Assembly (NCBI GenBank): GCA_045661285.1
Contig: JAZRFI010000072.1
Span: 1 to 39,366, forward strand
Reading direction: 5' to 3'
From: Eubacteriales bacterium
GTDB taxonomy: Bacteria; Bacillota; Clostridia; Oscillospirales; CAG-272
Length of the DNA: 39,366 nucleotides
In this document: one piece after another, positions 8,785 through 17,241 of the stretch
Numbering within the stretch: position 1 is the first letter of the stretch
How the letters are laid out: every line of letters starts with the position of its first letter
Made by a program: the position numbers and the translations under genes
Notes under the pieces: generated by a model
What the model saw: only the letters and a program-made list of their open reading frames with translations
What the model was told of the DNA's origin: nothing
Database searches by the model: none

Positions 8785-9942
8785 ATGAAAATAGGTGTCG
8801 TAACTACAACAAGATCTGAGTACGGATTGTTAAAGAGGTTGATTGGAGAAATCAACAATGACAAAGAGCTTGAATTGTGCTTGATCGTTACAGGAACACA
8901 TCTTCTTGAAGAATACGGTATGACGGTAAAGTATATCGAAGAAGACGGTTTTCCTATCTCGGTAAGGGTGCCTATTGACATTGATACAAGCTGCCCCTCC
9001 GCAATTTCCGCGACAATGGGGCGATATTTTCTCGCCTTCTCCGAAGTGTTTGAAAAGAACAAGGTCGATTTCCTTGTTGTATTAGGCGACAGGTACGAAA
9101 TGATTCCTATATGTTGCTGCGCCGCCAATGCCCATATTCCCATCGCGCATATTTCCGGTGGAGAAATAACAGAAGGCGCTATAGATGATGCTGTAAGACA
9201 TAGCCTAACAAAACTCAGTTATCTTCATTTTCCCGCTTGCGAAACATACAGAAACAGAATTATTCAGCTGGGTGAGAATCCTGCGCGTGTTTTTAACGTG
9301 GGGGATCCCGGTGTGGAAAACATAAAAAAAATGCTTCTTATGTCGGAAAATGAAGTTCGAAAAAACTTTGATTTAGGACAATCCCCTTATTTCGTAGTAA
9401 TATTTCACCCCATTACTCTTGATGAAATGAAACCGCAAGCTCAAATAAAAGAGTTATTGGAAGCCATAAACACATTCGGCGATATTCGCTTTGTGATTAT
9501 GAAAGCAAATTCGGATATGGGGGGGCAAGAAATAAATAAATATTTGAATGAATTTGTCGATAGTCATATGAATTGCTCGTTGTTTTCTTCGTTGAAAATA
9601 GAAGAGTTTTTGAGCTTACAAAAATTTTCAATGGGATTGATCGGCAATTCGTCGAGTGGAATTGTAGAGACACCGTGTTTCGGCATACCGACGATCAATA
9701 TCGGCGACCGGCAAAAGGGACGTTTATATGCCGAAAGCATTATATCCTGCGGTATTGACAGAAATGAAATCATTGCTTCGATTCGCCTGGCTATGACTGA
9801 TAATTTTAAGGAGAAAGCAAAAAAATCAGTAAATCCATACGGATACGGTGAGACATCAAGCGAAATTGTAAAGCACATAAAAGAATTCATCAAAGGGAAC
9901 AAAGTAGATTTGAAGAAAGGATTTTATGACATAACGGTGTAA
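8785..9942 (+). CDS. neuC: Hydrolysing UDP-N-acetylglucosamine 2-epimerase (NeuC/LegG type)
   Basis: MKIGVVTTTRSEYGLLKRLI, VVLGDRYEM, IAHISGGEITEGAIDDAVRHSLTKLSYLHF and GNSSSGIVETP are hallmark segments of NeuC-type epimerases. RBS GGAAAGGAGGG lies upstream. Confidence 0.85.
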   Translation: MKIGVVTTTRSEYGLLKRLIGEINNDKELELCLIVTGTHLLEEYGMTVKYIEEDGFPISVRVPIDIDTSCPSAISATMGRYFLAFSEVFEKNKVDFLVVLGDRYEMIPICCCAANAHIPIAHISGGEITEGAIDDAVRHSLTKLSYLHFPACETYRNRIIQLGENPARVFNVGDPGVENIKKMLLMSENEVRKNFDLGQSPYFVVIFHPITLDEMKPQAQIKELLEAINTFGDIRFVIMKANSDMGGQEINKYLNEFVDSHMNCSLFSSLKIEEFLSLQKFSMGLIGNSSSGIVETPCFGIPTINIGDRQKGRLYAESIISCGIDRNEIIASIRLAMTDNFKEKAKKSVNPYGYGETSSEIVKHIKEFIKGNKVDLKKGFYDITV

Positions 9943-9945
9943 AAG

Positions 9946-10638
9946 ATGAAAGCCATAGCTATTATACCCGCAAGAAGCGGATCAAAAGGCTTAAAAAACA
10001 AAAACATTGCCGATGTTTGTGGCAGGCCCTTGATTGATTACACAATAAAAGCCGCGATTGATTCCGGGTGTTTTGATACGGTAATGGTTTCGACCGATTC
10101 GAAATTATATGCCGATATTGCAAAGAGGTGCGGAGCTGAAGTTCCTTTTTTGCGTTCAGACTTCACTTCAAGCGACACAGCGGGAACATGGGATGCCGTT
10201 AGAGAGGTTTTGTCCAACTATAAAGAAAATGGCAAAACATTTGATTATGTCGCTGTTTTGCAGCCTACATCTCCTCTTCGAACGAAAGAAGATATTCAGG
10301 GAGCAGCGGCTTTATTAAAAAGGGATAACGTACATAACGTTGTTTCTGTAACAGAAACCGCACACCCTGTTCAATGGTGTTTCGCCTTAGATGAAACGTG
10401 TTCCCTCGCCGAATTTGCTCAATCACCATATTCCGCTATGAGAAGGCAGGAATTAAAAAAGCATTATCAAGAGAATGGTGCAATTTATCTCGTTGATGCA
10501 AAAAAAATAATGGATAGCAGTTATAATTTGTATGCTGATGACTGCTATGCGCACATAATGTCGCGAACCCATTCGATTGATATTGACGAAGAAATAGATT
10601 TAATTATAGCAAAAGCTATAATTGAAAAGGGTATTTGA
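9946..10638 (+). CDS. neuA: Acylneuraminate (nonulosonate) cytidylyltransferase, short single-domain form
   Basis: The N-terminal IAIIPARSGSKGLKNKNI motif and LQPTSPLR motif match CMP-NeuAc synthetase/CTP_transf_3. At 230 aa it lacks the C-terminal esterase domain of long NeuA forms. Confidence 0.85.
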   Translation: MKAIAIIPARSGSKGLKNKNIADVCGRPLIDYTIKAAIDSGCFDTVMVSTDSKLYADIAKRCGAEVPFLRSDFTSSDTAGTWDAVREVLSNYKENGKTFDYVAVLQPTSPLRTKEDIQGAAALLKRDNVHNVVSVTETAHPVQWCFALDETCSLAEFAQSPYSAMRRQELKKHYQENGAIYLVDAKKIMDSSYNLYADDCYAHIMSRTHSIDIDEEIDLIIAKAIIEKGI

Positions 10639-10675
10639 GTGAAAATGTATTTTGGGAGAAAAATTGAGGAGCAAA

Positions 10676-11686
10676 ATGAATTATTATAACGGAAAGTGCT
10701 TGATTATAGCTGAAGCCGGTGTAAATCACAACGGCAAATTAGATTTAGCTCTAAGATTGTGCGACGAGGCAAAAAAAGCAGGTGCTGATGTAGTAAAATT
10801 TCAAACGTGGAAAACGGAAAACATCATAACAAAGAATGTTGATCAAGCTGATTATCAAGCGACAAATACAGGGGTAAGAGAGTCGCAGTATGATATGCTG
10901 AAAAAATTGGAATTATCATACGAAAATTTCAGAACAATTAAGAAGCACTGCGATGATATCGGAATTGTTTTTTCATCCACGGCAGATGATGAGGAAAGTT
11001 TAGATTTTTTAATTGATTTAGGCATCCCGTTTATTAAAATCGGTTCGGGAGAAATAGGCAATATTCCTTTTTTGCGTCGTATGGGTGAAAAGAAATTACC
11101 AATTATAATGAGTACGGGGATGAGTTCATTAGCCGATGTCGATATTTCTTTGCGCGAATTAAAGCAAAGCGGAGCAACGGAAATAACATTGTTACATTGC
11201 ACGACAAATTATCCTTGTTCGTATAGTGAAGTTAATTTAAGAGCGATGATCACCTTGAAAGATGCTTTTCATACTCAGATCGGATATTCAGATCACACCA
11301 TTGGTAATGATGTTGCGATTGCAGCAATTACATTAGGTGCTTCTGTAATTGAAAAACATTTTACGTTGGATTGCACAATGGATGGACCTGATCACGCAGC
11401 AAGTACTCCACCAAATGAATTTGCTAAATTTGTAAAGGCAATTCGTGACACAGAGCTACTGCTCGGAAACGGAATTAAAGAACCAACCAATACCGAAAAA
11501 GAAATATCGAAGTTTGTCACCAAACGAATCGTTGCGAAGAAGAGCATAAACGCAGGAGATTTTTTGAGCACAGAAAATATATGTGTAAAGCGCAATGATA
11601 TTGGTGAAAAAGCAGCTCTGTGGGACAGAATTCTGGGAACAAGAGCAAAAAAAAGTTATCAAGTTGATGACGGGATATTGTTATAA
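10676..11686 (+). CDS. neuB: N-acetylneuraminate (nonulosonate) synthase with C-terminal SAF domain
   Basis: IIAEAGVNHNG, VKFQTW, FSSTADDEESLDFL, KIGSGE, STGMS, LLHCTTNYP and GYSDHT motifs are present, with a SAF-like tail (KRIVAKKSINAGDFL). I prefer ATG 10676 (GAGGAG at 10666-10671) to the upstream TTG 10652. Confidence 0.9.
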   Translation: MNYYNGKCLIIAEAGVNHNGKLDLALRLCDEAKKAGADVVKFQTWKTENIITKNVDQADYQATNTGVRESQYDMLKKLELSYENFRTIKKHCDDIGIVFSSTADDEESLDFLIDLGIPFIKIGSGEIGNIPFLRRMGEKKLPIIMSTGMSSLADVDISLRELKQSGATEITLLHCTTNYPCSYSEVNLRAMITLKDAFHTQIGYSDHTIGNDVAIAAITLGASVIEKHFTLDCTMDGPDHAASTPPNEFAKFVKAIRDTELLLGNGIKEPTNTEKEISKFVTKRIVAKKSINAGDFLSTENICVKRNDIGEKAALWDRILGTRAKKSYQVDDGILL

Positions 11687-11790
11687 GCGCAAATTTAATT
11701 TGTGGCATTCTTCTTTCCAATCAGGAAAAACGGTAGATCGAAAAGAAAGAATATTTAAAGAAAAAGTTCTTTGAGTAACGGTACAAAAAG

Positions 11791-11822
11791 AAAAACGGAG
11801 ATCTTTATCTCCGTTTTTTCTT
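11791..11822. terminator. Bidirectional rho-independent terminator between convergent neuB (+) and the flavoprotein gene (-)
   Basis: An 8-bp perfect stem ACGGAGAT(11795-11802)/ATCTCCGT(11807-11814) has a CTTT loop. It is flanked by an A-run on the left and a T-run on the right, so it reads as hairpin+U-tract on both strands. Confidence 0.65.
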
Positions 11823-12443
11823 TTATCGGATAAAGTTGGTGGCGATCCTCGGCTCTTCCTTTTGGGGAAGGCCGAAGGCCTCCTTGCCGAGGGCGATTGA
11901 ACGCATTAAGAACACCATATTGCGGGCAAGTGTACGCAGGTTCTGCATCCCTTCCCCGTCGGCGGCGGCCTCCCTCTCGTCACGCCCATGGAGGATATTC
12001 CAATACTGACCGGAGGCGATCGGCATACCGCAGATCGAGAAGTACTTGTTCAGCTCGTCATAGGTGGCGGTAGTTCCCCCGCGCCTTGCGACGGCAACCG
12101 CCGCGCCGACCTTCATCGTCTTATCGAATCGGCTGCTGTAGAAAAGGCGATCAAGAAAGGAGATGAGCGTGCCGTTAGCCGAGGCGTAATACACGGGGCT
12201 CCCGACGACGAGGGCGTCAGCCTCTTTTAGCTTTTGCGCAGTTTCGTTTACAATATCGTCAAAAACGCAGCTTCCTTTCGTCATACAAGCGCGGCACCCA
12301 CTACACCCGCGAATAGCAAGAGAGCCTACCTCAACGACCTCGGTCTCTATCCCCTCGGCGTGGAAAACCTTTTCCATTTCCGAAAGGGCAAGCCTCGTGT
12401 TTCCCGCCTTACGAGGGCTTCCGTTTATCAAAAGAACCTTCAT
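11823..12443 (-). CDS. NADPH-dependent FMN reductase / iron-sulfur flavoprotein (Isf-like flavodoxin-fold protein)
   Basis: The N-terminus is MKVLLINGSPRKAGNT. A compact Cys motif CSGCRACMTKGSC (C-x2-C-x2-C-x5-C) matches Isf-type flavoproteins, and GSPVYY matches the flavodoxin fold. The ATG overlaps the upstream stop (ATGA at 12440-12443). Confidence 0.8.
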   Translation of the reverse strand: MKVLLINGSPRKAGNTRLALSEMEKVFHAEGIETEVVEVGSLAIRGCSGCRACMTKGSCVFDDIVNETAQKLKEADALVVGSPVYYASANGTLISFLDRLFYSSRFDKTMKVGAAVAVARRGGTTATYDELNKYFSICGMPIASGQYWNILHGRDEREAAADGEGMQNLRTLARNMVFLMRSIALGKEAFGLPQKEEPRIATNFIR

Positions 12444-13636
12444 TTCGTTTCCTCTTTTCTCGCGTTTTTCGCGGCTTCCTCCGCGCGTTTTTTACAGATC
12501 GCCGTCCAGTTTGGAAGCTTCGGCAAAACTTCGACCAGCCCCTTCATTACCGAGGGAATATTGATCCCCTGCGGACACGCCTTGCTACACGCGCCGCAGC
12601 CGATACAAGCGGAAGGCTTTTTATCCTCGGGCAAAGCGTCTATCTGCATCCCGACGGTAAAGCCGACAGCATCGAATTTAGCGTCGTTATACGCCTTTAC
12701 GAGTACGGGGATATCAAGACCCATCGGGCATCCCTCGCAGCAATAACGGCAAGCCGTACAGGGCACAGAGCCCTTCATTTTCTCGGCAAAGAAAAGAAGA
12801 AGCTGCCTTTCCTCCTCGGAAAGCGGCGCGCCGCCCGAGAAGGTTTTAATATTGTCGGTAAGCTGCCCCTCGGTCGTCATACCGCTAAGGACCACCTTAA
12901 TATTCGGGAAGTCTTGCAGGAAGCGGAAGGACCACGAAGAGATGCTTTCGTCGGGGCGTCTGTGAATCAGCTCGCTCTCCATACTTTCATCAAGCCTCGA
13001 AAGGCGGCCGCCGCGCACGGGCTCCATGACCACGATCGGGATCCCCCGCTCGGTCAGTATCTCGTATTTTTGCTTTGCGTCTTGCAGCGTATAGTCGAGG
13101 TAATTCATTTGGATCTGGCAAAATTCGAGTACGTCGCCGTGGCGGTCAAGAAACGCTTGCAAGGTTTCGGGCCTTGCATGCGTGGAAAAGCCGAGGTGAC
13201 GGATGCGCCCAAGCCGCTTTTGCTCGACGAAATAAGGGATAATGCCCCATTTCTCGCTTTCGTACACCTCTATCGAATTTTCGCATACGTTATGAAGAAG
13301 GTAGAAATCAAAATAGTCAACGCCGCATTTTTTCAGCTGCTCTTCGAAGATCGCGGCGGGGTCATACGCGTCTAATATTTGATGCCCCGGATACTTATCG
13401 GCCAAGAAATACGATTCACGGGGATAAGCGGAAAGCAAACGGCCGACAACACTTTCGGATAGGCCGCCGTGATAGGGATAAGCGGTATCAAAATAGTTTA
13501 CCCCCGCTTTGACGGCAAGGTCGATCAGCTCTTTGGTTTTTTCCTCGTCGATCGCGCCGCCCGCAAGGCAAGGGAAACGCATCGTCCCGTATCCGAGGGT
13601 CGAAACGCGTTCGCCGCACATCATCTCGTATTTCAT
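12440..13636 (-). CDS. Aldo/keto reductase fused to a C-terminal 2x[4Fe-4S] ferredoxin-like domain (COG1453-type oxidoreductase)
   Basis: The AKR N-terminus is LGYGTMRFP...GVNYFDTAYPYHGG. The C-terminal clusters are CTACRYCCEGCP and CIGCGACSKACP. RBS AAAGGAGAGG lies upstream of the ATG. Confidence 0.85.
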   Translation of the reverse strand: MKYEMMCGERVSTLGYGTMRFPCLAGGAIDEEKTKELIDLAVKAGVNYFDTAYPYHGGLSESVVGRLLSAYPRESYFLADKYPGHQILDAYDPAAIFEEQLKKCGVDYFDFYLLHNVCENSIEVYESEKWGIIPYFVEQKRLGRIRHLGFSTHARPETLQAFLDRHGDVLEFCQIQMNYLDYTLQDAKQKYEILTERGIPIVVMEPVRGGRLSRLDESMESELIHRRPDESISSWSFRFLQDFPNIKVVLSGMTTEGQLTDNIKTFSGGAPLSEEERQLLLFFAEKMKGSVPCTACRYCCEGCPMGLDIPVLVKAYNDAKFDAVGFTVGMQIDALPEDKKPSACIGCGACSKACPQGINIPSVMKGLVEVLPKLPNWTAICKKRAEEAAKNARKEETK

Positions 13637-13671
13637 CGTTTTTCCTCTCCTTTGGAAGAATACTTTTCTCT

Positions 13672-13700
13672 ATTGTATCATCTTTTCCCCATAAAATCAA
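13672..13700 (-). promoter_or_regulatory. Candidate sigma-70-type promoter for the AKR/flavoprotein operon
   Basis: On the - strand: TTGATT (13700-13695), a 17-nt spacer, then TACAAT (13677-13672). It lies about 35 nt upstream of the AKR start codon. Confidence 0.4.
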
Positions 13701-13732
13701 GCCTCGATACATCAAAGCGCCGCCTCGGCGCA

Positions 13733-13768
13733 AGAAAAAAAGAACGGTCATACAACCGTTCTTTTTTC
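13733..13768 (-). terminator. Rho-independent terminator after rplQ (end of the ribosomal supercluster)
   Basis: Stem AGAACGGT(13741-13748)/ACCGTTCT(13755-13762) has a 6-nt loop. An A8 run on the + strand reads as a U-run on the - strand transcript directly after the stem. A second GC hairpin GCGCCG-CCT-CGGCGC sits at 13717-13731. Confidence 0.65.
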
Positions 13769-13774
13769 TTTGGA

Positions 13775-14266
13775 TTACTCCGCGGCGGCCTCTTCGGCGG
13801 CGGGAGCTTCGGGGGCGACCTCCTCGGCGGCAGGGGCCTCAACGACCTCTTCAACCGGGGCAGCCTTCTTCGTGCTCTTCTTCGCCTTCTTGGGGGCGGC
13901 TACGACTTCCTCTTCCTTGTCGGCTTCGACGAGGGTGATCAGGGCCATTTCGGCGCCGTCACCGCGGCGAGGACCGAGCTTGTAAATAGCGGTATAACCG
14001 CCGTTACGCTTCTCGTAGGAAGGGGCAATGCTGTCAAAGAGCTTCTTGGCAACGTCTTCTTTGGTGATGAAGGCCAAAGCTTGACGGTAGGATGCCAGCG
14101 ACTTCTCTTTGCCAAGGGTAATCATTTTGTCCGTCAGAGCGCGGACTTCTTTCGCTCTGGTGAGCGTCGTTTTAATCTTGCCGTTCTCAAGCAGATAGGT
14201 AACCATGCCTCTCAGCATCAGGTTTCTGTGAGCGGTCGGCCGGCCGAGTTTTCTCGTTCCGGGCAT
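13775..14266 (-). CDS. rplQ: 50S ribosomal protein L17, with a ~49-aa Ala/Glu/Pro/Lys-rich C-terminal tail
   Basis: [22 protein letters not shown]...[22 protein letters not shown] is the canonical L17 core. It sits downstream of rpoA. Confidence 0.95.
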   Translation of the reverse strand: MPGTRKLGRPTAHRNLMLRGMVTYLLENGKIKTTLTRAKEVRALTDKMITLGKEKSLASYRQALAFITKEDVAKKLFDSIAPSYEKRNGGYTAIYKLGPRRGDGAEMALITLVEADKEEEVVAAPKKAKKSTKKAAPVEEVVEAPAAEEVAPEAPAAEEAAAE

Positions 14267-14292
14267 TGTAGTTTCCTCCTAACAGTTATTGG

Positions 14293-15261
14293 TCATTCCT
14301 CAACCTTTTTCAGGTCAAGGCCCAGGGAATGAAGCTTTTGAATAACTTCTTCAAGCGACTTTCTGCCGAGGTTTCTGACTTTAATCATATCCTCCTCGGT
14401 ACGGTTGATCAAGTCTTCTACCGTATCAATGCCGGCGCGCTTCAAGCAGTTGAAGCTACGAACCGACAGGTCAAGCTCCTCAATGGTCATCTCAAGGACC
14501 TTTACTTTCTTGGTCTCTTCCGGTTCCACCATAATAACGGCGTTCTTCGCATCATCCGTAAGATCTACGAAGAGGTTGAGATGCTCGTTGAGAATCTTGG
14601 CACCGTGCGAAATGGCTTTCTTCGCACTCAGGGTGCCGTTGGTAAGCACGTGCATCGTCAGACGGTCGAAGTCGGTGATGTTGCCGACACGGGTATTTTC
14701 AACCTTGTATTCAACCTTGTACACAGGGGTAAAGATCGAATCGGTGAAAATGGTACCGATCGGGGCGCTGACACCGGCGCCGAGCTGAGATACGTAATTT
14801 TGCTTGTTCTTATCGGCCGAAACGTAGCCGCGACCGGAATCGAAGGTCAATTCCATGAAGAGGCGGTTGTTTGTGCTGATAGTGGCCAAGACGTGCTCGG
14901 GATTGAGGATCTCGATATCCGCGTCGGGGGCGATATCTCCGGCGGTTACGACCTTCGGGCCGGTAACGTCGATAAGGACGGTCTTCGGCTCTTCGGTGTA
15001 AAGCTTTGCGATGATGCCCTTGACGTTCAGGATGATCTCGGGAACGTCCTCTTTGATCCCTTCCACCGTCGAGATCTCGTGCTTTACGCCCTCGATCTTA
15101 ACGCTGGTAACGGCATATCCGGGTAAAGAGCTGAGCAGGATGCGGCGCAAAGAGTTACCGAGCGTGATGCCGTAGCCTCTTTCCAGGGGCTCTACGACGA
15201 ACTCGGCTTCGCTTCCGTCTTCCTTCAGCTCATTGATGATAATGTTGGGTTTTTCAAACAT
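14293..15261 (-). CDS. rpoA: DNA-directed RNA polymerase alpha subunit
   Basis: The N-terminal domain shows [23 protein letters not shown]. The alpha-CTD shows [23 protein letters not shown]...[13 protein letters not shown] chose ATG 15261 (6 nt after GGAGGAG) rather than the adjacent TTG 15264. Confidence 0.95.
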   Translation of the reverse strand: MFEKPNIIINELKEDGSEAEFVVEPLERGYGITLGNSLRRILLSSLPGYAVTSVKIEGVKHEISTVEGIKEDVPEIILNVKGIIAKLYTEEPKTVLIDVTGPKVVTAGDIAPDADIEILNPEHVLATISTNNRLFMELTFDSGRGYVSADKNKQNYVSQLGAGVSAPIGTIFTDSIFTPVYKVEYKVENTRVGNITDFDRLTMHVLTNGTLSAKKAISHGAKILNEHLNLFVDLTDDAKNAVIMVEPEETKKVKVLEMTIEELDLSVRSFNCLKRAGIDTVEDLINRTEEDMIKVRNLGRKSLEEVIQKLHSLGLDLKKVEE

Positions 15262-15377
15262 CAAATGCTCCTCCTAAACAATATTTCGTGGCTATCCGCT
15301 GTGGGATAGGCTGGGTTATTGAATGCCGCATCCAAAGCACACCTCGGTGCCAGCGAATCTGCGGCAACCGGAGGTGA

Positions 15378-16004
15378 TTATTTGGAATAAAGCTCAACGA
15401 TAAGCTGCTCTTCGAACTCGAAATCGATGTCCTCGCGAACGGGGAGCGTCAGAATACGGGCAGCAAGGTCAGTTTCGTTGAAATCGATCCACTTCGGTTT
15501 GACACGCGTGGCAGCACTTTCGGCCAGCGCCTTGATCTTGGCGCCGTCACGACGGCTTTCCTTCACGGCAACAACATCACCGGCTTTGATCAGCTGGGAG
15601 GGGATAGTCGTCTTGTTCCCGTTCACGGTGAAATGACCGTGCAGGATCAGCTGACGGGCTTCCTTACGGCTCTCGGCCATACCCATCCGATAAACAACGT
15701 TGTCAAGGCGTCTTTCCAGAAGAATGAGCAGGTTCTCACCGGTCATACCCTCTTTAACGACGGCCATCTCATAGTAGTTTCTGAACTGTCTTTCCAGAAC
15801 GCCATAGTAGCGCTTGGTCTTCTGCTTCTCACGAAGCTGTCTGCCGTATTCCTCTACCTTTTTACGGGCAGCACCATGCTGACCGGGGGCGGCGGCGCGC
15901 TTTTCGAAGGGGCACTTGCCCGAAACGCACTTATCACCCTTAAGATACAGCTTGCAGCCTTCTCTACGGCAAAGCTTGCAATCAGGACCTGTATATCTTG
16001 CCAT
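15378..16004 (-). CDS. rpsD: 30S ribosomal protein S4 (Cys-containing N-terminal form)
   Basis: The N-terminus is [26 protein letters not shown]. The S4 RNA-binding domain shows [13 protein letters not shown]. Located between rpsK and rpoA. Confidence 0.95.
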   Translation of the reverse strand: MARYTGPDCKLCRREGCKLYLKGDKCVSGKCPFEKRAAAPGQHGAARKKVEEYGRQLREKQKTKRYYGVLERQFRNYYEMAVVKEGMTGENLLILLERRLDNVVYRMGMAESRKEARQLILHGHFTVNGNKTTIPSQLIKAGDVVAVKESRRDGAKIKALAESAATRVKPKWIDFNETDLAARILTLPVREDIDFEFEEQLIVELYSK

Positions 16005-16024
16005 TTTTTTATACCTCCCTTGAA

Positions 16025-16426
16025 TTATACGCGGCGACGCTTAGGCGGGCGGCAGCCGTTGTGGGGAATGGGCGTTACGTCGCGGATCAGCGTGATCTCA
16101 AGACCGGCGGTCTGAAGAGCGCGGATAGCCGACTCACGTCCCGACCCGGGACCTCTTACGTAAACCTCTACCGTTTTCATACCGTTATCAACGGCAGCCT
16201 TAGCAGCGGTTTCGGCGGCAGTCTGAGCAGCGTAGGGGGTCGATTTTCTCGAGCCCTTGAAGCCCATTTCACCGGCAGAAGCCCACGAAATAGCATTACC
16301 GTGCGTATCGGTAATGGTTACGATGGTGTTATTAAAAGTGGAGCGAATATGAGCCGTACCCGACTCGACGTTCTTACGCTCACGGCGCTTTTTAACAGCC
16401 TTTTTAGCGACAGTAGCTTTTGCCAT
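16025..16426 (-). CDS. rpsK: 30S ribosomal protein S11
   Basis: [18 protein letters not shown]...[14 protein letters not shown]...[13 protein letters not shown] matches S11. Confidence 0.95.
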   Translation of the reverse strand: MAKATVAKKAVKKRRERKNVESGTAHIRSTFNNTIVTITDTHGNAISWASAGEMGFKGSRKSTPYAAQTAAETAAKAAVDNGMKTVEVYVRGPGSGRESAIRALQTAGLEITLIRDVTPIPHNGCRPPKRRRV

Positions 16427-16439
16427 CTTTTCTCACTCC

Positions 16440-16808
16440 TTATTTCTTCTTGTTGGCGATAGTCTTCGCCGGACCTTTTCTGGTTCTTGCGTTGGTCTTG
16501 GTTCTCTGTCCTCTCACGGGAAGGCCTTTTCTGTGGCGAATTCCGCGATAGCAGTTGATCTCGACCATGCTCTTGATGTTCATAGCGACTTCGCGGCGAA
16601 GGTCACCCTCTACACGGTAGTCGGCTTCGATAACATCACGAAGTTTTGCAACCTCACTCTCGGTCAGGTCCTTCGCGCGGGTATCGGGATTGATGCCGGT
16701 TTTGGCAAGAATATCCTGTGCGCTTTTGGGACCGATGCCGTAGATATACGTCAAGGCAATCTCGACGCGCTTGTTGTTGGGAATATCAACACCAGCAATA
16801 CGAGCCAT
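16440..16808 (-). CDS. rpsM: 30S ribosomal protein S13
   Basis: [26 protein letters not shown]...[23 protein letters not shown] matches S13. Confidence 0.95.
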   Translation of the reverse strand: MARIAGVDIPNNKRVEIALTYIYGIGPKSAQDILAKTGINPDTRAKDLTESEVAKLRDVIEADYRVEGDLRREVAMNIKSMVEINCYRGIRHRKGLPVRGQRTKTNARTRKGPAKTIANKKK

Positions 16809-16850
16809 GGATTTTACTCTCCTTCTTGTTATAAATTGACCGAAAGGTCA

Positions 16851-16964
16851 TCAGCCCTGTCTCTGCTTATGCTTGGGGTTTTCGCAGATAACCATGACAT
16901 GGCCTTTTCTCTTGATGATTTTGCACTTTTCGCAAATCTTCTTGACGGAAGGCTTTACTTTCAT
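16851..16964 (-). CDS. rpmJ: 50S ribosomal protein L36 (Zn-binding C+ form), 37 aa; not in the supplied ORF track
   Basis: My hand translation of the reverse strand gives [37 protein letters not shown]. This is a near-textbook L36 with the C-x2-C...C-x4-H ligand pattern. It sits exactly between infA and rpsM as expected. Confidence 0.9.
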   Translation of the reverse strand: MKVKPSVKKICEKCKIIKRKGHVMVICENPKHKQRQG

Positions 16965-16995
16965 TCTTGTATACCGTTCCTTTCAGAAACAAATT

Positions 16996-17226
16996 TTACT
17001 TTTTCCGCCACGTAATACGGCCCTTGGTGAGGTCGTAGATCGAAACCTCAACCGTTACCGTATCGCCGGGCAGAATCTTGATATAGTTCATACGAAGCTT
17101 CCCCGAAATGTGGGCGGTCACAATATGACCGTTCGGAAGCTTGACTTTGAAGGTGGCATTCGGAAGCGCTTCCAGCACTACCCCATCCTCAAACTCAATA
17201 AGATCATCTTTCGGCAGAAAAATCAC
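16996..17226 (-). CDS. infA: Translation initiation factor IF-1
   Basis: The S1-like OB fold shows [63 protein letters not shown] start follows AAGGA. The exact start codon is uncertain by a few codons. Confidence 0.9.
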   Translation of the reverse strand: MIFLPKDDLIEFEDGVVLEALPNATFKVKLPNGHIVTAHISGKLRMNYIKILPGDTVTVEVSIYDLTKGRITWRKK

Positions 17227-17241
17227 ACCCTTTCCTTGTAT

